64,000 nucleotides of DNA. It comes from Octopus vulgaris (taxonomy: Eukaryota). The notes below the pieces were generated by a model that saw nothing but the letters and a program-made list of their open reading frames with translations, was not told where the DNA came from and ran no database searches. The translations under genes and the position numbers were made by a program. This document shows positions 32,475-46,634 of this stretch, in pieces (the stretch's first letter is position 1; every line of letters starts with the position of its first letter). The stretch covers positions 44,516,001-44,580,000 of the forward strand of contig OX597825.1 of NCBI GenBank assembly GCA_951406725.2, given 5' to 3'.

Positions 32475-33444
32475 TGTCCGCTCACAAGGTTTTGGTCAGC
32501 TCGAGGCTATACTGAAAGACACCTACCCAAAGTGCCACGCAGTGGAGCAAAACCCAGAACGATATGATTGTTAAGCAAGCCCCTTACCACACAGCCTCTC
32601 CTGCAGTTATATATTCTTTAACTTGTTTCAGTCATTTGACTGCGGCCATGCTGGAGCACCGCCTTTTGTCGAACAAATCGACCTCAAGACTTATTCTTTG
32701 TAAGTCTAGTACTTATTCTATTGGTCTGTTTTGCCGAACCGCTACGTTACGGGAACGTAAACATACCAGCGTCGGTCATCAAGCGAAGTTCGAGGGACAA
32801 ACACAGACACACAAAGATATACATACATACATACATACACACACAAACACACATATATTTATACGACAGGCTTCTTTTAGTTTCCGTCTACCAAATACAC
32901 TCACAATGCTTTGGTCGGCCCGAGGCTATAGTAGAAGACAATTGCCCAAGGTGCCACTTAGTGGGACTGAACCCGGAACCATGTTGTTTGTAAGCAAGCT
33001 ACTTACCACACAGCCATTCCTGACCCTATATATATATCTTTATCTTTTATCTTTTACTTGTTTCAGTCATTTGACTGCGGCCATGCTGGAGCACCGCCTT
33101 TAATCGAGCAACTCGACCCCGGGACTTATTCTTTGTAAGCCCAGTACTTATTCTATCGGTCTCTTTTTTGCCGAACCGCTAAGTGACGGGGACGTAAACA
33201 CACCAGCATCGGTTGTCAAGCAATGCTAGGGGAACAAACACAGACACACAAACAAACACATATATATATATATACATATATACGACAGGCTTCTTTCAGT
33301 TTCCGTCTACCAAATCCACTCACAAGGCATTGGTCGGCCCGGGGCTATAGCAGAAGACACTTGCCCAAGATGCCACGCAGTGGACTGAACCCGGAACCAT
33401 GTGGTTGGTTAGCAAGCTACTTACCACACAGCCACTCCTGCGCC
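32475..33444 (-). mobile_element. Three head-to-tail tRNA-SINE copies (32475-32605 head only; 32615-33026; 33037-33444)
   Basis: Reverse complements of the SINE at 5275. Repeated at about 42332-43306. Confidence 0.9.
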
Positions 33445-34921
33445 TAAATTTAAAATTATACGGGTGAAAAATTGAGTATTAATTTCATTAATATCAATTT
33501 AAAACCAGTGGTCTAGCATATTAAAATCTGAAACCTCAGAAAATTATATTACATACATATAAGAGTGATGACCACTACGTGGACATCCATTATGCTAGAA
33601 GTAATTCTGCTATGGTCTTACCACTAAGAAAGGAATGTTCTCAAAAAAATTTAGTAAACGCCAGAACGTAAGCGAGCAAGACAAATAAAAAGAAACAAAA
33701 TATAGATTAATCACAAACAAATTTCCCTATTACCACTTACGTAAATACTTACGTAATTGTCCGTAGCTCATCAGTATGAGCGTCTTTGCAAATATAATTT
33801 GCAGAACTATATACGAGATATCCGCATGAGATTGAATATGTATATAGTTCTATCACTTAGTTCACTTTGTTCGTTTTTTAATGCGGCTGGGGCCCTCAAA
33901 CAAGCATTTGTTGCAAATGAATTTACAGTATTGTTACGAGTAGATCTGGCGGAAGAGAATCGAGTGTTTAGGACACTAAATTCGATATAATTGATACCAA
34001 GTTAACTTCTTGCAATTTTGCAGAGGAAAGACACAATCATTATTCACTTAGTTTTTATCAATCATGCCTGTAAAAATTTAGTGTTAATTTTTGTGGTTTC
34101 GGAGTATTTTTGACTCCTATTTTTAGCTACGCTGGTGCTTCTTAGTGCCCTGATTTTATTTATATTTTTATATGTATCTATTAAAAAAAAAGGATTCCGA
34201 TGGAATTAGGTATGCACCAGGTAGGTTTGAGTAATATCTACGGTTCCTGTAAATGGTTGGTTGAAGTCGAGTTATCAGGTAGGCTATTTCGGTTTTGTAC
34301 ACAGATAATAGTGACCCTATGAGTATTCAGCGCCTAAGGGACTTGTCCACGTTGTCTGTTACTTTGAGTAGTACGTTGTTGGTATATTCTAGGGTGTCCA
34401 ACAAGTCGTAAATTCCCTTCATGTATTATAATCAAATGAATAAAAACGCGTGACTCACTCACTCCAAATTTTGATATCACCGCCACCCCTTGAATATTCT
34501 ATAGTTTATCATTAGACTACTCCATTTGGCCGACGTTCCCTGGTATCCGATCTAATATATTTCTTCCTCGAACCCCATAATAGGCGTAGTTCATTATATA
34601 ACCTCGCCGGATTTTAAATTTATACTTTAAAATTTCTAAATTATTTATTGTAAATTTTTAAACTCCTTACGTTACATTCTACCTTACTATAACTTCAATT
34701 CCATATAACTTGACGGCCGTACTCGTCCCCACCACCTTTTCCCAACCATTAAGTACTGTATACCCCTAAGTTTTCTAGGTTTCTTTTAACCATTAAATAG
34801 GAATTCCTATACCCCGACCCTACTCTGGATCGACTAGTATGTTGTTATTAAATCATTGTATTTCCTTGTGTTTTCTTTTGCATTTTTATTCTTTGACCCT
34901 ACGGCTGATTCATTTATCTTT

Positions 34922-35021
34922 NNNNNNNNNNNNNNNNNNNNNNNNNNNNNNNNNNNNNNNNNNNNNNNNNNNNNNNNNNNNNNNNNNNNNNNNNNNNNNN
35001 NNNNNNNNNNNNNNNNNNNNN
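34922..35021. other. Scaffold gap (100 N)
   Basis: Run of N. Confidence 1.
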
Positions 35022-38000
35022 CCTTGGGCTATTCCAAACGAGAAATATAATTGAAACTAACAAGATTATTTGGGCTGTAGTTATGGTTGTTGCAGATAGA
35101 GTTGTATACAAAAGAAAAGAAGAAACAGAACGTAAAGCGCCATATTGGCGTAGACGAATTTGTGACAAAGTTTAAAAGACATTTAAGACAAGTTGATAGA
35201 TTGAGTAGAGGAGAATTGCAGAAGGAAAGTATCAGAATAATGTTGGAAAGAACATATGGAATAAGAGATAAAAGGTATGTTGTGATATTGGAAGAATTGA
35301 AACAAAGAGTAGTAGCGATCAAAGCAAAACTGGAAAGATATGACGTTAGAACAAAACAATTCAGGCAAAACAGATTGTTTGAAGCAAATCAGAAGAAACT
35401 GTTTCAGGTACTCGATGGACAGTTACACGTAACAATTAAATCAGATGCAGAAGAAAGTAGGGTATTCTGGAGAGGGATCTGGGACCAACCTGCGGAGCAT
35501 AATGATGCAGCGGAGTGGCTGCATGAAATCCAAGATAGGTTAAGAATATAGAAAGACAAGAAGACATAAAGATAACTACAGAAATGATTAAGAAAATTCC
35601 CAAATTCGAAGAGGCCAGGATCGGATGGTGTCCAAAGGTATTGGATGAAGAAGCTGAGAGGGTTTCATGAAAGCATTTCACAACAGTTAGATGAGTGCAT
35701 GCAGGAAGGTACAGTACCTAGCTAGATGACAAAGGAAAAGACATTGTTATGTGCCAAGGATCCTGAAAAGGAAAATGTTGCATCCAACTTTCGACCAATA
35801 ACGTGTCTTCCGCTGTGGAAACTAATGTCAGGTGCGTTGGCCGATGAACTGAACAGATACTTGGGAATAAGTGGGCTACTACCCATTAAACAGAAAGAGT
35901 GCTGAAAGAGGTACCAGGGAACGAAGTATCAGCTCTTAATTGATAATCTGATTATCAGGAACTGCAAGAGAAGACAAACAGACCTAAGCATGGCATGGGC
36001 TGACTATCGTAATGCATACTGTATGATACCACAATCCTAAATAATAAGAACAATGGAAATTTATGGAGTAGCAGAAAAAATGAGAAGCCTTGCATGGAGA
36101 AGTATGAAATGCTGGAAAACGGAATTGACAAAAGGAAATCAAGTATTAGGAGAGGTGAAAATCAAGAGAGGAATCTTCCAGGGAGACAGAATGTCCCCAC
36201 TGATCTTTGTGCTGAGAATGATCCCCTTGAGTGAAATACTGCAGAAAACAAAGTTGGGGTGTGATTTAGGAAGAGGTAAGGGATAACTGAACCAATTGCT
36301 ATTGTTGGGTACTTAGGAGCAATATCAGAAAGCCTCAAAAGGAATATCAAGGAAATTGGAATATAGTGCCCAGTAGGACTGTTATATAGTTTTGCCCCCT
36401 TGGTACGGCCAGAATAATCAAGGAAGTATCAGATGAGTGCAAAGAACGAATGGTGCTTTAGGCTACAAGTAGCAAGCCCGCTACTAGGAGTTCCAACAAA
36501 ACCTATGATAAAAAGAAATAATAATAATAAAGATTCAAATGTTCGCTCTAGGCCAGCAATTTCAGGGTGAGATAAGTCGATCACATCGATCCCAGTGCTC
36601 GACTGGTACTTATTTTATGAAACCCAAAATGATGAAAGGCAAAGTTGACCTCGGCGGAACTTGAACTCAGAAAGTAGTCGGACATCTTTTTTTATTATTA
36701 TAATATCTGTGAATATGGCCAAAAACGACTTGAAGTTATTCACAAAATGTGAAACAGAACTGGACAGCCTAGTCCAGTCTGTGCGGATTTTCTCCAGTGG
36801 TATTAAGATGGTGTTTTGGCTCTCAAATGTGCTACGATGGTAATGAGATGAGGAAAGCTTGTCAGGACAGAAAGCATAGGGTTGCCAAGTGGTAAAATGG
36901 TGAAGGCAATTAAACCTCAGTCCAGCTATAAATACCTGGGAATACTTGTAGCATATGGAATTAAACACAATGACATGAAGGAAAAGACAAAGAGAGAGTA
37001 CCTGCGGCAAGTGAGGAAAATATTGACATCAAAGCTAAATGCAAGAAACATAATTTTGGCAATAAACTCGCGCGCGGTCGCACTAGTCCGGTATTGCGCT
37101 GGCATCCTGAAATTGACAGAGGAGAAGCTAAAGGAGATGGACAGGAAGTCAAGAAAGCTCCTAATGATGCACGGAGCCCATCATCTACGTGCAGGCACTG
37201 ATCGCCTATACATAAAGAGAGCAAAAAGAGAACTGATAAATATGGAAGACTGCGTACGTATCCAACTCAAGGGCTTAATGAGAAACTTAGTGCAAAGTAA
37301 GGAAACCTTTCTAGTGTAAGTTAGGAGCGAGGGCGTATTGAAAGCGAAAAAAAAGGAAAACAAAGGAAGAAGTACAGCAAGGACATGAAGAAGAATTATG
37401 CAACAAAGGACTACATAATCAATTCCATGTAGCCTCAACCGAAATTGCTGGAAAAATAGGCGGGATTGACTAAAAAAGGAGTACTATAAAAAGAGACTGA
37501 GAGCACTATAATGGCAGCGCAAGACCTTGCATTGGCCACGAACTGGAGGGTCAACCATAAGAATGAGTAAGTGTCTCCGCTGTGTGGTGCCTGTAATAGA
37601 GCGGATGAAACCATTACCCATATCACAAACGATTTCTCTAGAGTTACCCAAAATCACTACAATGCTAAATTGGAGAATGTGGAAAGTGGGGACTCGAGAG
37701 AGTCAAGGCGTGGTATGAGCACAAAATGTAGAGAATGGCGGAGTCGGAGACTAGCAAAATCCTCTGGGATTTCCCAATCCAAACAGATCAGGTGCGAGAA
37801 CATAATAGACCGGATCTAGTAGTAGTCGAGAAGATGCACCACATGTGCTATATAGTTGATGTTGCATGCCCCTTTGACCCACGTATAATCAAGGAGGGAG
37901 GCGAAAAAATAGATAAATACAACCCTCTTAAGTACTATGAAAAATGACGAAGGTAAAGATAGTGCCAATTATTGTTGGGTACTTAGGAGCAAATCAGAAG

Positions 38001-39631
38001 GCCTCAAAAGGAATATCAAGGAAATTGGAATATAGTGCCCAGTTGGACTGTTATAAAGTTTTGCCCCCTTGGTACGGCCAGAATAATCAAGGAAGTATTA
38101 GATAAGTGCAAAGAACGAATAGCATGGTGCTTTAGGCTACAAATAGCAAGCCCGCTACGCATGCAACACTCTAGGCGTTCCAACAAAACCTATGATAAAA
38201 AGAAATAATAATAATAAAGATTCAAATGTTCGCTCTAGGCCAGCAATTTCGGGGTAGGGCAAGTCGATTACATCGATCCCAGTGCTTGACTGGTACTTAT
38301 TTTATGGAACCCAAAATGATGAAAGGCAAAGTTGACCTCGGCGGAACTTGAATTCAGAAGGTAGTCGGACATCTTTTTTTATTATTATAATGTCTGCGAA
38401 TATGACCAAAAAAATTGCCTGTACTCGGTTTTTAAAGAGATGACCAGGAAACCGATAGCCACCTAAGCACCGCAAGAACCACTAACACTACATTGTATAA
38501 TAATGAAGAAGACGTTATGAGCAACGAACAGTGATAGTAAACAGCCAGGTAAGCTGCAAGAAGAAAAGGGTGAGGCGTCCGAATAGAAAATCAGAGGAAT
38601 TAAGCAGAACGTTGGAATTTCAGACCTTCATCACCATGATTTTCACATTTTATCCTTTGACCAACCCACTAGAACATATAATGAAAAGGAATATTCAGAT
38701 TTCCTAGATAGCTCTGACCATATTCACATAAGAAGCTACACGTGAAAGCCACTTCAGAGCGTAATGTGGAAGTCTACATGACTCACAAAAATGGCGTTGG
38801 CCCTTTTCGACACTGAACTATCATTATCATCAATGACGATTATTAAAAAGGCAGGGTAAATAAATCCGAAATTGCAGTCGATTAAAATTTGGACGGAAAT
38901 GCGCAGTGAGGATTGAGCATAATCATTGATAATTATGTCCGGGCAAGCTTTGACCTTATTAGACCTTGCAACATATTCGTATCTGTAGTAAGCAGATATC
39001 GGAATGGCTGCAACCATAAGTATATTAACGGGAATACTTGCGCTGATTGGGCAATTTAAACTAACACAAAGAGATGGCTTCTCTCATAGATTAAGTACTG
39101 TATTTCATAAATATATAATCGTAACACGTGCATATGTTCACACACATACATATACATACAACCATACACATATATACATATATTTATATGTATTTATGTT
39201 TACAAGTAAATCTATACACTTAATGACACACTCTATACTGCATTCTCAGACAGACACAGAAATGCACACACACAAACACGCAATGATGTGTGTTTGTGTG
39301 TGTGTGTATGCGTGTGCGCGCGTGTATACGTTTAGAAACAAACGATGTGAATTAAGAACATAAGGAAATGTAATATAAGGGGAGTAGACGGAAAGCGGAG
39401 GGTGGTGGGATATTTTGAAGAGAAGGAGGGAATTATAATTATATTAGATTAGAGACACTTCTGATTTATATCTAAAATGCAGAAATATTTTTGTCTAAAA
39501 TAATTCCAATTAATAGCAAACTCTATTCTCTTGAAAATACTTCAGAATCAAGCTTAAATTTAAAAACTACTTTTGCATTGCATACATACGTGAGTGCTTA
39601 CTTATGTTCATACATCAATTTAGATTTATAT

Positions 39632-39687
<56 letters not shown>

Positions 39688-39734
39688 AGAGAGAGAGAGG
39701 GGGTAGATAGATAGATAGATAGATAGATTGAATT

Positions 39735-39765
<31 letters not shown>

Positions 39766-39778
39766 GATGAATTGATAA

Positions 39779-39864
<86 letters not shown>

Positions 39865-40578
39865 GGTTGTAGAGATGGTAGAAATATGAATATATATATA
39901 TACGTTGTAGCAAGTGAATGTGTACGTGTCCATATCTAGTTAAAGTTCGCGAGAGGTATTTGATGACATATTTGGTAATTTGATTAAACAACTCTAATCC
40001 AGCAAAAGCCAAATATATTTCAGTAAAAATTTGTTCACATGTTCTCGGTAATCTGTCAAAGATTACAGGAAATTCTCGCTTTCCGGAAGTAATGCATTCC
40101 TTAAAATGTGGTCGTAACGTGAAATCCCGTAATGCGAATTAATTTTCTTATCGATTTTCATGTTATCAAGTAAGACTGCATTCTAAAGGACTTTTTCGAA
40201 AACAAAAAGTACAAGAAAACTAACAATACAATTACCTTTATATATGAAAATAACAATTTCTAAACATACACATTACAATATAGATACATAAAAAGAAACA
40301 TTTCAAGAGAAATACGTTAAGGAATTAATAAGAATCGTAATATAAGAGTACGTCTGATTTCTAAATCTGCCGGATCGATGTAATCGATTTACCCTCTCTC
40401 TAAATTGTTGGCTTTGTGCCAAAGTTTGAAACCAATATCATATGAGTACGTAAGGCGGAGAACTAACAGACCTACCGTGCCGGGGAAAATGAATTTGAAC
40501 TGCGTGCTGCATTGGAAATGCCCTACCCATTCGCCCTTATACATGCACACATTCACACAAACATACACACACACACAA

Positions 40579-40611
<33 letters not shown>

Positions 40612-42243
40612 AACACACGTACATGGGCATAGGAATGTCTATGTGGCATGAAGTTTACTTCCCAACCGCGTTCTGTCCCACAATGTGACACCCTGGGCAA
40701 GTATCTTTTGCTGTAGCTTCAGGTCAACGAAAGCCAAAAAGTATAATAAGGATCACTTCAGACAGGACTCTATAGATGAGGTACCGAGGGACCTTTCTCC
40801 CAAGACCATCCCGGGAATTGTGAGTGGAAAAAAAGAATTGGAATGGATGGATACATTTGTATCTGTGTATGTATGTGTGTATGTATGTATATATGTATGT
40901 ATGTGTGTGTATGTATGTATGTGTATGTATGTATGTATGTATGTATGTATGTATGAATGTTCTCTTCTGTTTTTAAATATTTAAATTCTTACTCTGGGGA
41001 AGGAGCTCGTTTCTAAAAAAGATACAAAGCTCCATCGTTACAATGTGGATAAAAACGTCATAGTTTAAATTGGACAAGTCTTGCATGCTTTTATTGTCCC
41101 ACATACAGATTGGATTTGTTATATAGTGTTACTTGGTTGTATTTGTGTATATATATATGTATATGCATATAATATATATTTACTTATGACACATGATAAT
41201 TCCACACTCTACTTCTATCTTCCACTTCGTCTGATAATATTCATCGTATCGCGAGACGGGCGCGCGACTCACATTATAAGAGTAAAAAGCAACGTAGTGA
41301 ACGTAATTTGTATTTTCAGGTCTTATATAACACAGGTTCTTTTCTGATAGCTAATAGACACCTTTGCGCAAATCGATTAGCTTGCTTCCTCGGTGTTTTC
41401 ATTTCAAATTACAATATGATACCTTTATAAACCTCAGGCAAGAATATTATGTAAGCAAGGTGATGTTTTAGAATAGAAAGTGACAGAAAGCGAGATAATA
41501 GATTAAAGATAAAAGAGGTAAAATTAAATCGAAAATGTGAGAAGGACAGCGAGGAATAGACACATACGCGTATCCATGCGTAGTCATATATCCATGCACA
41601 CATTCTTATATACAGTTGAGAAATGAGGTCGAACAGACGTGGGTAAAAATTACATTAATAATAATTACAGTCATTGTCATATATTAAGGCATAAAAGTAA
41701 GATGATAGGATTGTAGTCATGTCTGTCTTGATATGTTTATAGTATTTGTATGCAACGAGTTCGTTTTGGAAGGCTTGGTGTTCGACTATTACCTTAATAA
41801 ACAGGTCTGTAAATCAAAATCATTCATATGGTGCCCGGCCACACTTATACATTACACATACATTACCACGCACATACACACACACACACACCGATGATTA
41901 TAGATATTCACACTTTACACACGTACACACGCACACATCGCATACATATACGAAAAATATACATGAATACACATAAACTCTGACGAAGGCTAGCAGGTCG
42001 AACCTTCAATGTTGCTGTCATTCTTATGCTTGTAAATATTTAGCAAATATGCAATCTATAAAAAAATTAAGTAATTCTGCAATTAAATGTGAAACTATTT
42101 TTATTATAACTTGGCGTACAAGTAATATATTTAGTTAATATATTTATTGATGTGTATTTTTTGCTTTTATTTTTTAAGCTTGATACTGATTCTATTTAAC
42201 TCTTAAGCCGAAACGCTAACATTGGTTGTCGAGTGGTGATGGC

Positions 42244-42279
<36 letters not shown>

Positions 42280-42288
42280 TCACACACG

Positions 42289-42322
<34 letters not shown>

Positions 42323-44784
42323 GGATATATGTGTCCGCTCACAAGGTTTTGGTCAGCTCGAGGCTATACTGAAAGACACCTACCCAAAGTGCCACGCAGT
42401 GGAGCAAAACCCAGAACGATATGATTGTTAAGCAAGCCCCTTACCACACAGCCTCTCCTGCAGTTATATATTCTTTAACTTGTTTCAGTCATTTGACTGC
42501 GGCCATGCTGGAGCACCGCCTTTTGTCGAACAAATCGACCTCAAGACTTATTCTTTGTAAGTCTAGTACTTATTCTATTGGTCTGTTTTGCCGAACCGCT
42601 ACGTTACGGGAACGTAAACATACCAGCGTCGGTCATCAAGCGAAGTTCGAGGGACAAACACAGACACACAAAGATATACATACATACATACATACATACA
42701 CACACAAACACACATATATTTATACGACAGGCTTCTTTTAGTTTCCGTCTACCAAATACACTCACAATGCTTTGGTCGGCCCGAGGCTATAGTAGAAGAC
42801 AATTGCCCAAGGTGCCACTTAGTGGGACTGAACCCGGAACCATGTTGTTTGTAAGCAAGCTACTTACCACACAGCCATTCCTGACCCTATATATATATCT
42901 TTATCTTTTATCTTTTACTTGTTTCAGTCATTTGACTGCGGCCATGCTGGAGCACCGCCTTTAATCGAGCAACTCGACCCCGGGACTTATTCTTTGTAAG
43001 CCCAGTACTTATTCTATCGGTCTCTTTTTTGCCGAACCGCTAAGTGACGGGGACGTAAACACACCAGCATCGGTTGTCAAGCAATGCTAGGGGAACAAAC
43101 ACAGACACACAAACAAACACATATATATATATATACATATATACGACAGGCTTCTTTCAGTTTCCGTCTACCAAATCCACTCACAAGGCATTGGTCGGCC
43201 CGGGGCTATAGCAGAAGACACTTGCCCAAGATGCCACGCAGTGGGACTGAACCCGGAACCATGTGGTTGGTTAGCAAGCTACTTACCACACAGCCACTCC
43301 TGCGCCTAAATTTAAAATTATACGGGTGAAAAATTGAGTATTAATTTCATTAATATCAATTTAAAACCAGTGGTCTAGCATATTAAAATCTGAAACCTCA
43401 GAAAATTATATTACATACATATAAGAGTGATGACCACTACGTGGACATCCATTATGCTAGAAGTAATTCTGCTATGGTCTTACCACTAAGAAAGGAATGT
43501 TCTCAAAAAAATTTAGTAAACGCCAGAACGTAAGCGAGCAAGACAAATAAAAAGAAACAAAATATAGATTAATCACAAACAAATTTCCCTATTACCACTT
43601 ACGTAAATACTTACGTAATTGTCCGTAGCTCATCAGTATGAGCGTCTTTGCAAATATAATTTGCAGAACTATATACGAGATATCCGCATGAGATTGAATA
43701 TGTATATAGTTCTATCACTTAGTTCACTTTGTTCGTTTTTTAATGCGGCTGGGGCCCTCAAACAAGCATTTGTTGCAAATGAATTTACAGTATTGTTACG
43801 AGTAGATCTGGCGGAAGAGAATCGAGTGTTTAGGACACTAAATTCGATATAATTGATACCAAGTTAACTTCTTGCAATTTTGCAGAGGAAAGACACAATC
43901 ATTATTCACTTAGTTTTTATCAATCATGCCTGTAAAAATTTAGTGTTAATTTTTGTGGTTTCGGAGTATTTTTGACTCCTATTTTTAGCTACGCTGGTGC
44001 TTCTTAGTGCCCTGATTTTATTTATATTTTTATATGTATCTATTAAAAAAAAAGGATTCCGATGGAATTAGGTATGCACCAGGTAGGTTTGAGTAATATC
44101 TACGGTTCCTGTAAATGGTTGGTTGAAGTCGAGTTATCAGGTAGGCTATTTCGGTTTTGTACACAGATAATAGTGACCCTATGAGTATTCAGCGCCTAAG
44201 GGACTTGTCCACGTTGTCTGTTACTTTGAGTAGTACGTTGTTGGTATATTCTAGGGTGTCCAACAAGTCGTAAATTCCCTTCATGTATTATAATCAAATG
44301 AATAAAAACGCGTGACTCACTCACTCCAAATTTTGATATCACCGCCACCCCTTGAATATTCTATAGTTTATCATTAGACTACTCCATTTGGCCGACGTTC
44401 CCTGGTATCCGATCTAATATATTTCTTCCTCGAACCCCATAATAGGCGTAGTTCATTATATAACCTCGCCGGATTTTAAATTTATACTTTAAAATTTCTA
44501 AATTATTTATTGTAAATTTTTAAACTCCTTACGTTACATTCTACCTTACTATAACTTCAATTCCATATAACTTGACGGCCGTACTCGTCCCCACCACCTT
44601 TTCCCAACCATTAAGTACTGTATACCCCTAAGTTTTCTAGGTTTCTTTTAACCATTAAATAGGAATTCCTATACCCCGACCCTACTCTGGATCGACTAGT
44701 ATGTTGTTATTAAATCATTGTATTTCCTTGTGTTTTCTTTTGCATTTTTTATTCTTTGACCCTACGGCTGATTCATTTATCTTT
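35022..44784 (+). repeat. Near-identical second copy of 25135-34921
   Basis: The ORF track repeats at an offset of about 9887. Differences are a few SNPs and microsatellite or homopolymer lengths. Confidence 0.98.
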
Positions 44785-45137
44785 TATCTCCTTTTCCCCT
44801 TAATAGTTTTTATGACCTCTCCTAATTACTACCATTCTTGCTCTACCACAAATTATCTTAAAAAACCCACTCAAATCTATTCTTGTTCTAGTCCAACAAA
44901 CTCCCTGTCTCCCGAAGGCACTGACCATTGATATCCTAATACATTCTTTCATGAACTATATTTTAACGGTCATAACCATTTCTGCTACAGTTCCTGGGAT
45001 ACCCCTTCGTTCTGTAAAAATTACGTTCTCATGTGATGATTATAGCCTTTTAAAATGAAGTTATGTTTCTCATTCTTTTATGTAAGGAACAGGTGTAATG
45101 AGCAGACACTTACAGATTATGCCTTTTTATTCATTTG

Positions 45138-45213
<76 letters not shown>

Positions 45214-45252
45214 TGTATATATATATATATATATCCATATATATATATATCC

Positions 45253-45394
<142 letters not shown>

Positions 45395-45399
45395 GTGTG

Positions 45400-45710
45400 T
45401 GTGACGTCCTGTTTTTGTTATTATTATTATCATTATTGTTTTTACGTATTTTCGTATTCTTATTCGTGTTATCATTATTACTTTTACGTATTTTTGTATA
45501 CATTCGAAGCTTTCTTCCAAGGAATCTAATGCGCTTGGCTTAGATTTTCCTTTGGGGCTGGCCAGGTCGGAGCAATCTCAAGATTAATCAGCCGAAATTG
45601 CGAGGATGATCCGGTTCTTGACTGAAGATTGAAGGCTTCGAATGTCCCGTCCGTGTTTTTTGTATCGTCTTCTAAATGTTTTGCGTTCTTGTCCAAGTTT
45701 GTGTTTTTTT
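45400..45710 (+). mobile_element. Short structured element between microsatellites, containing hammerhead-like core strands
   Basis: Inverted repeat ACATTCGAAGC/GCTTCGAATGT, CTGAAGA and GAAA motifs, T-rich tail. A similar end lies at 5000-5125 on the minus strand. Confidence 0.45.
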
Positions 45711-45712
45711 AC

Positions 45713-45814
<102 letters not shown>

Positions 45815-45821
45815 TTGTTGA

Positions 45822-46258
45822 AATAGAAAGATGAATTTTCTTGTTACAGATTATTCAAAAGTTTAACCGATACCTGGGTAGCAAAAATCACAGCAGAAAA
45901 AAGCACGGTTGGAGATAAGACCATTTGGTGTTGCAACCGTGCGTTGGTGCGGATAATTGAAGTTTAATATCATTAGTGAATGGAAGAAATGGAGTTGAAC
46001 GAAGATTGTACAGAATTCCTTTTATTACATTCTACACATGTTTCAAAGGGCTCTTAAGGAGCGTCCTCGTTCGAATTGCGTTGCTGCGCCTCTGTTTTGT
46101 TTTGTTCTGTCAACGGAATTCCTGTTTTTTCCTGAAGAGAAAGCCACAATATGGTACCCTTATCAGAATTTGTAAATTTGTGGCCTTTGAAACATGTGTA
46201 GAATGTAATAAAAGGAATTCTGTACAATCTTCGTTCAACTCCATTTCTTCCATTCACT

Positions 46259-46262
<4 letters not shown>
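45822..46262. mobile_element. Non-autonomous Penelope-like pseudo-LTR element with a partial inverted copy
   Basis: 77-bp inverted arms at 45973-46049 and 46184-46260. Shares motifs (GATTTTTGCT.CCC.GGTA, AACTCCATTT) with the pLTR at 51440-51722. Flanked by (TA)n. Confidence 0.75.
46128..46203 (+). ncRNA. Type-I hammerhead ribozyme motif
   Basis: TTC-CTGAAGA-GAAAGCCACAA..TTGTGGCCTTT-GAAA-CATGT-GTA-GAA. Stem I is weak (3 bp). Confidence 0.7.
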
Positions 46263-46302
<40 letters not shown>

Positions 46303-46634
46303 CCAGATAGAGCGGAAGAAAAATGAGTTTATCCAGTCTTACATGCTTATAAGACCACACATCAAAACACTGGACAACATAATTGAAGATATTGTGGCAA
46401 AGCTGATGAGGATGAAGAGGGCGAAAAAGAGAAGGAAGCCGGAAGTCTCTGTGATCCAGGGGTTCCTCAGGAAAATGGGTCACCTACCCCGGTGAACGAC
46501 CAAGTAGTGAAGGATAGGGGAGCCAAGGGAGCAGAAACCGGAAGCCCCCTGTACCAGTGGTCCTACGAAGAAATAAAAAAATTAGAAAAATTAGAAAAAC
46601 AGAAGAAAAAAGGAAGGACCGAAAACAAAAATAA

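Noticed and set aside
35022-44784. A genuine tandem duplication, or independent TE copies
   Set aside because: The breakpoint coincides with the scaffold gap, so I treat it as a probable assembly redundancy.
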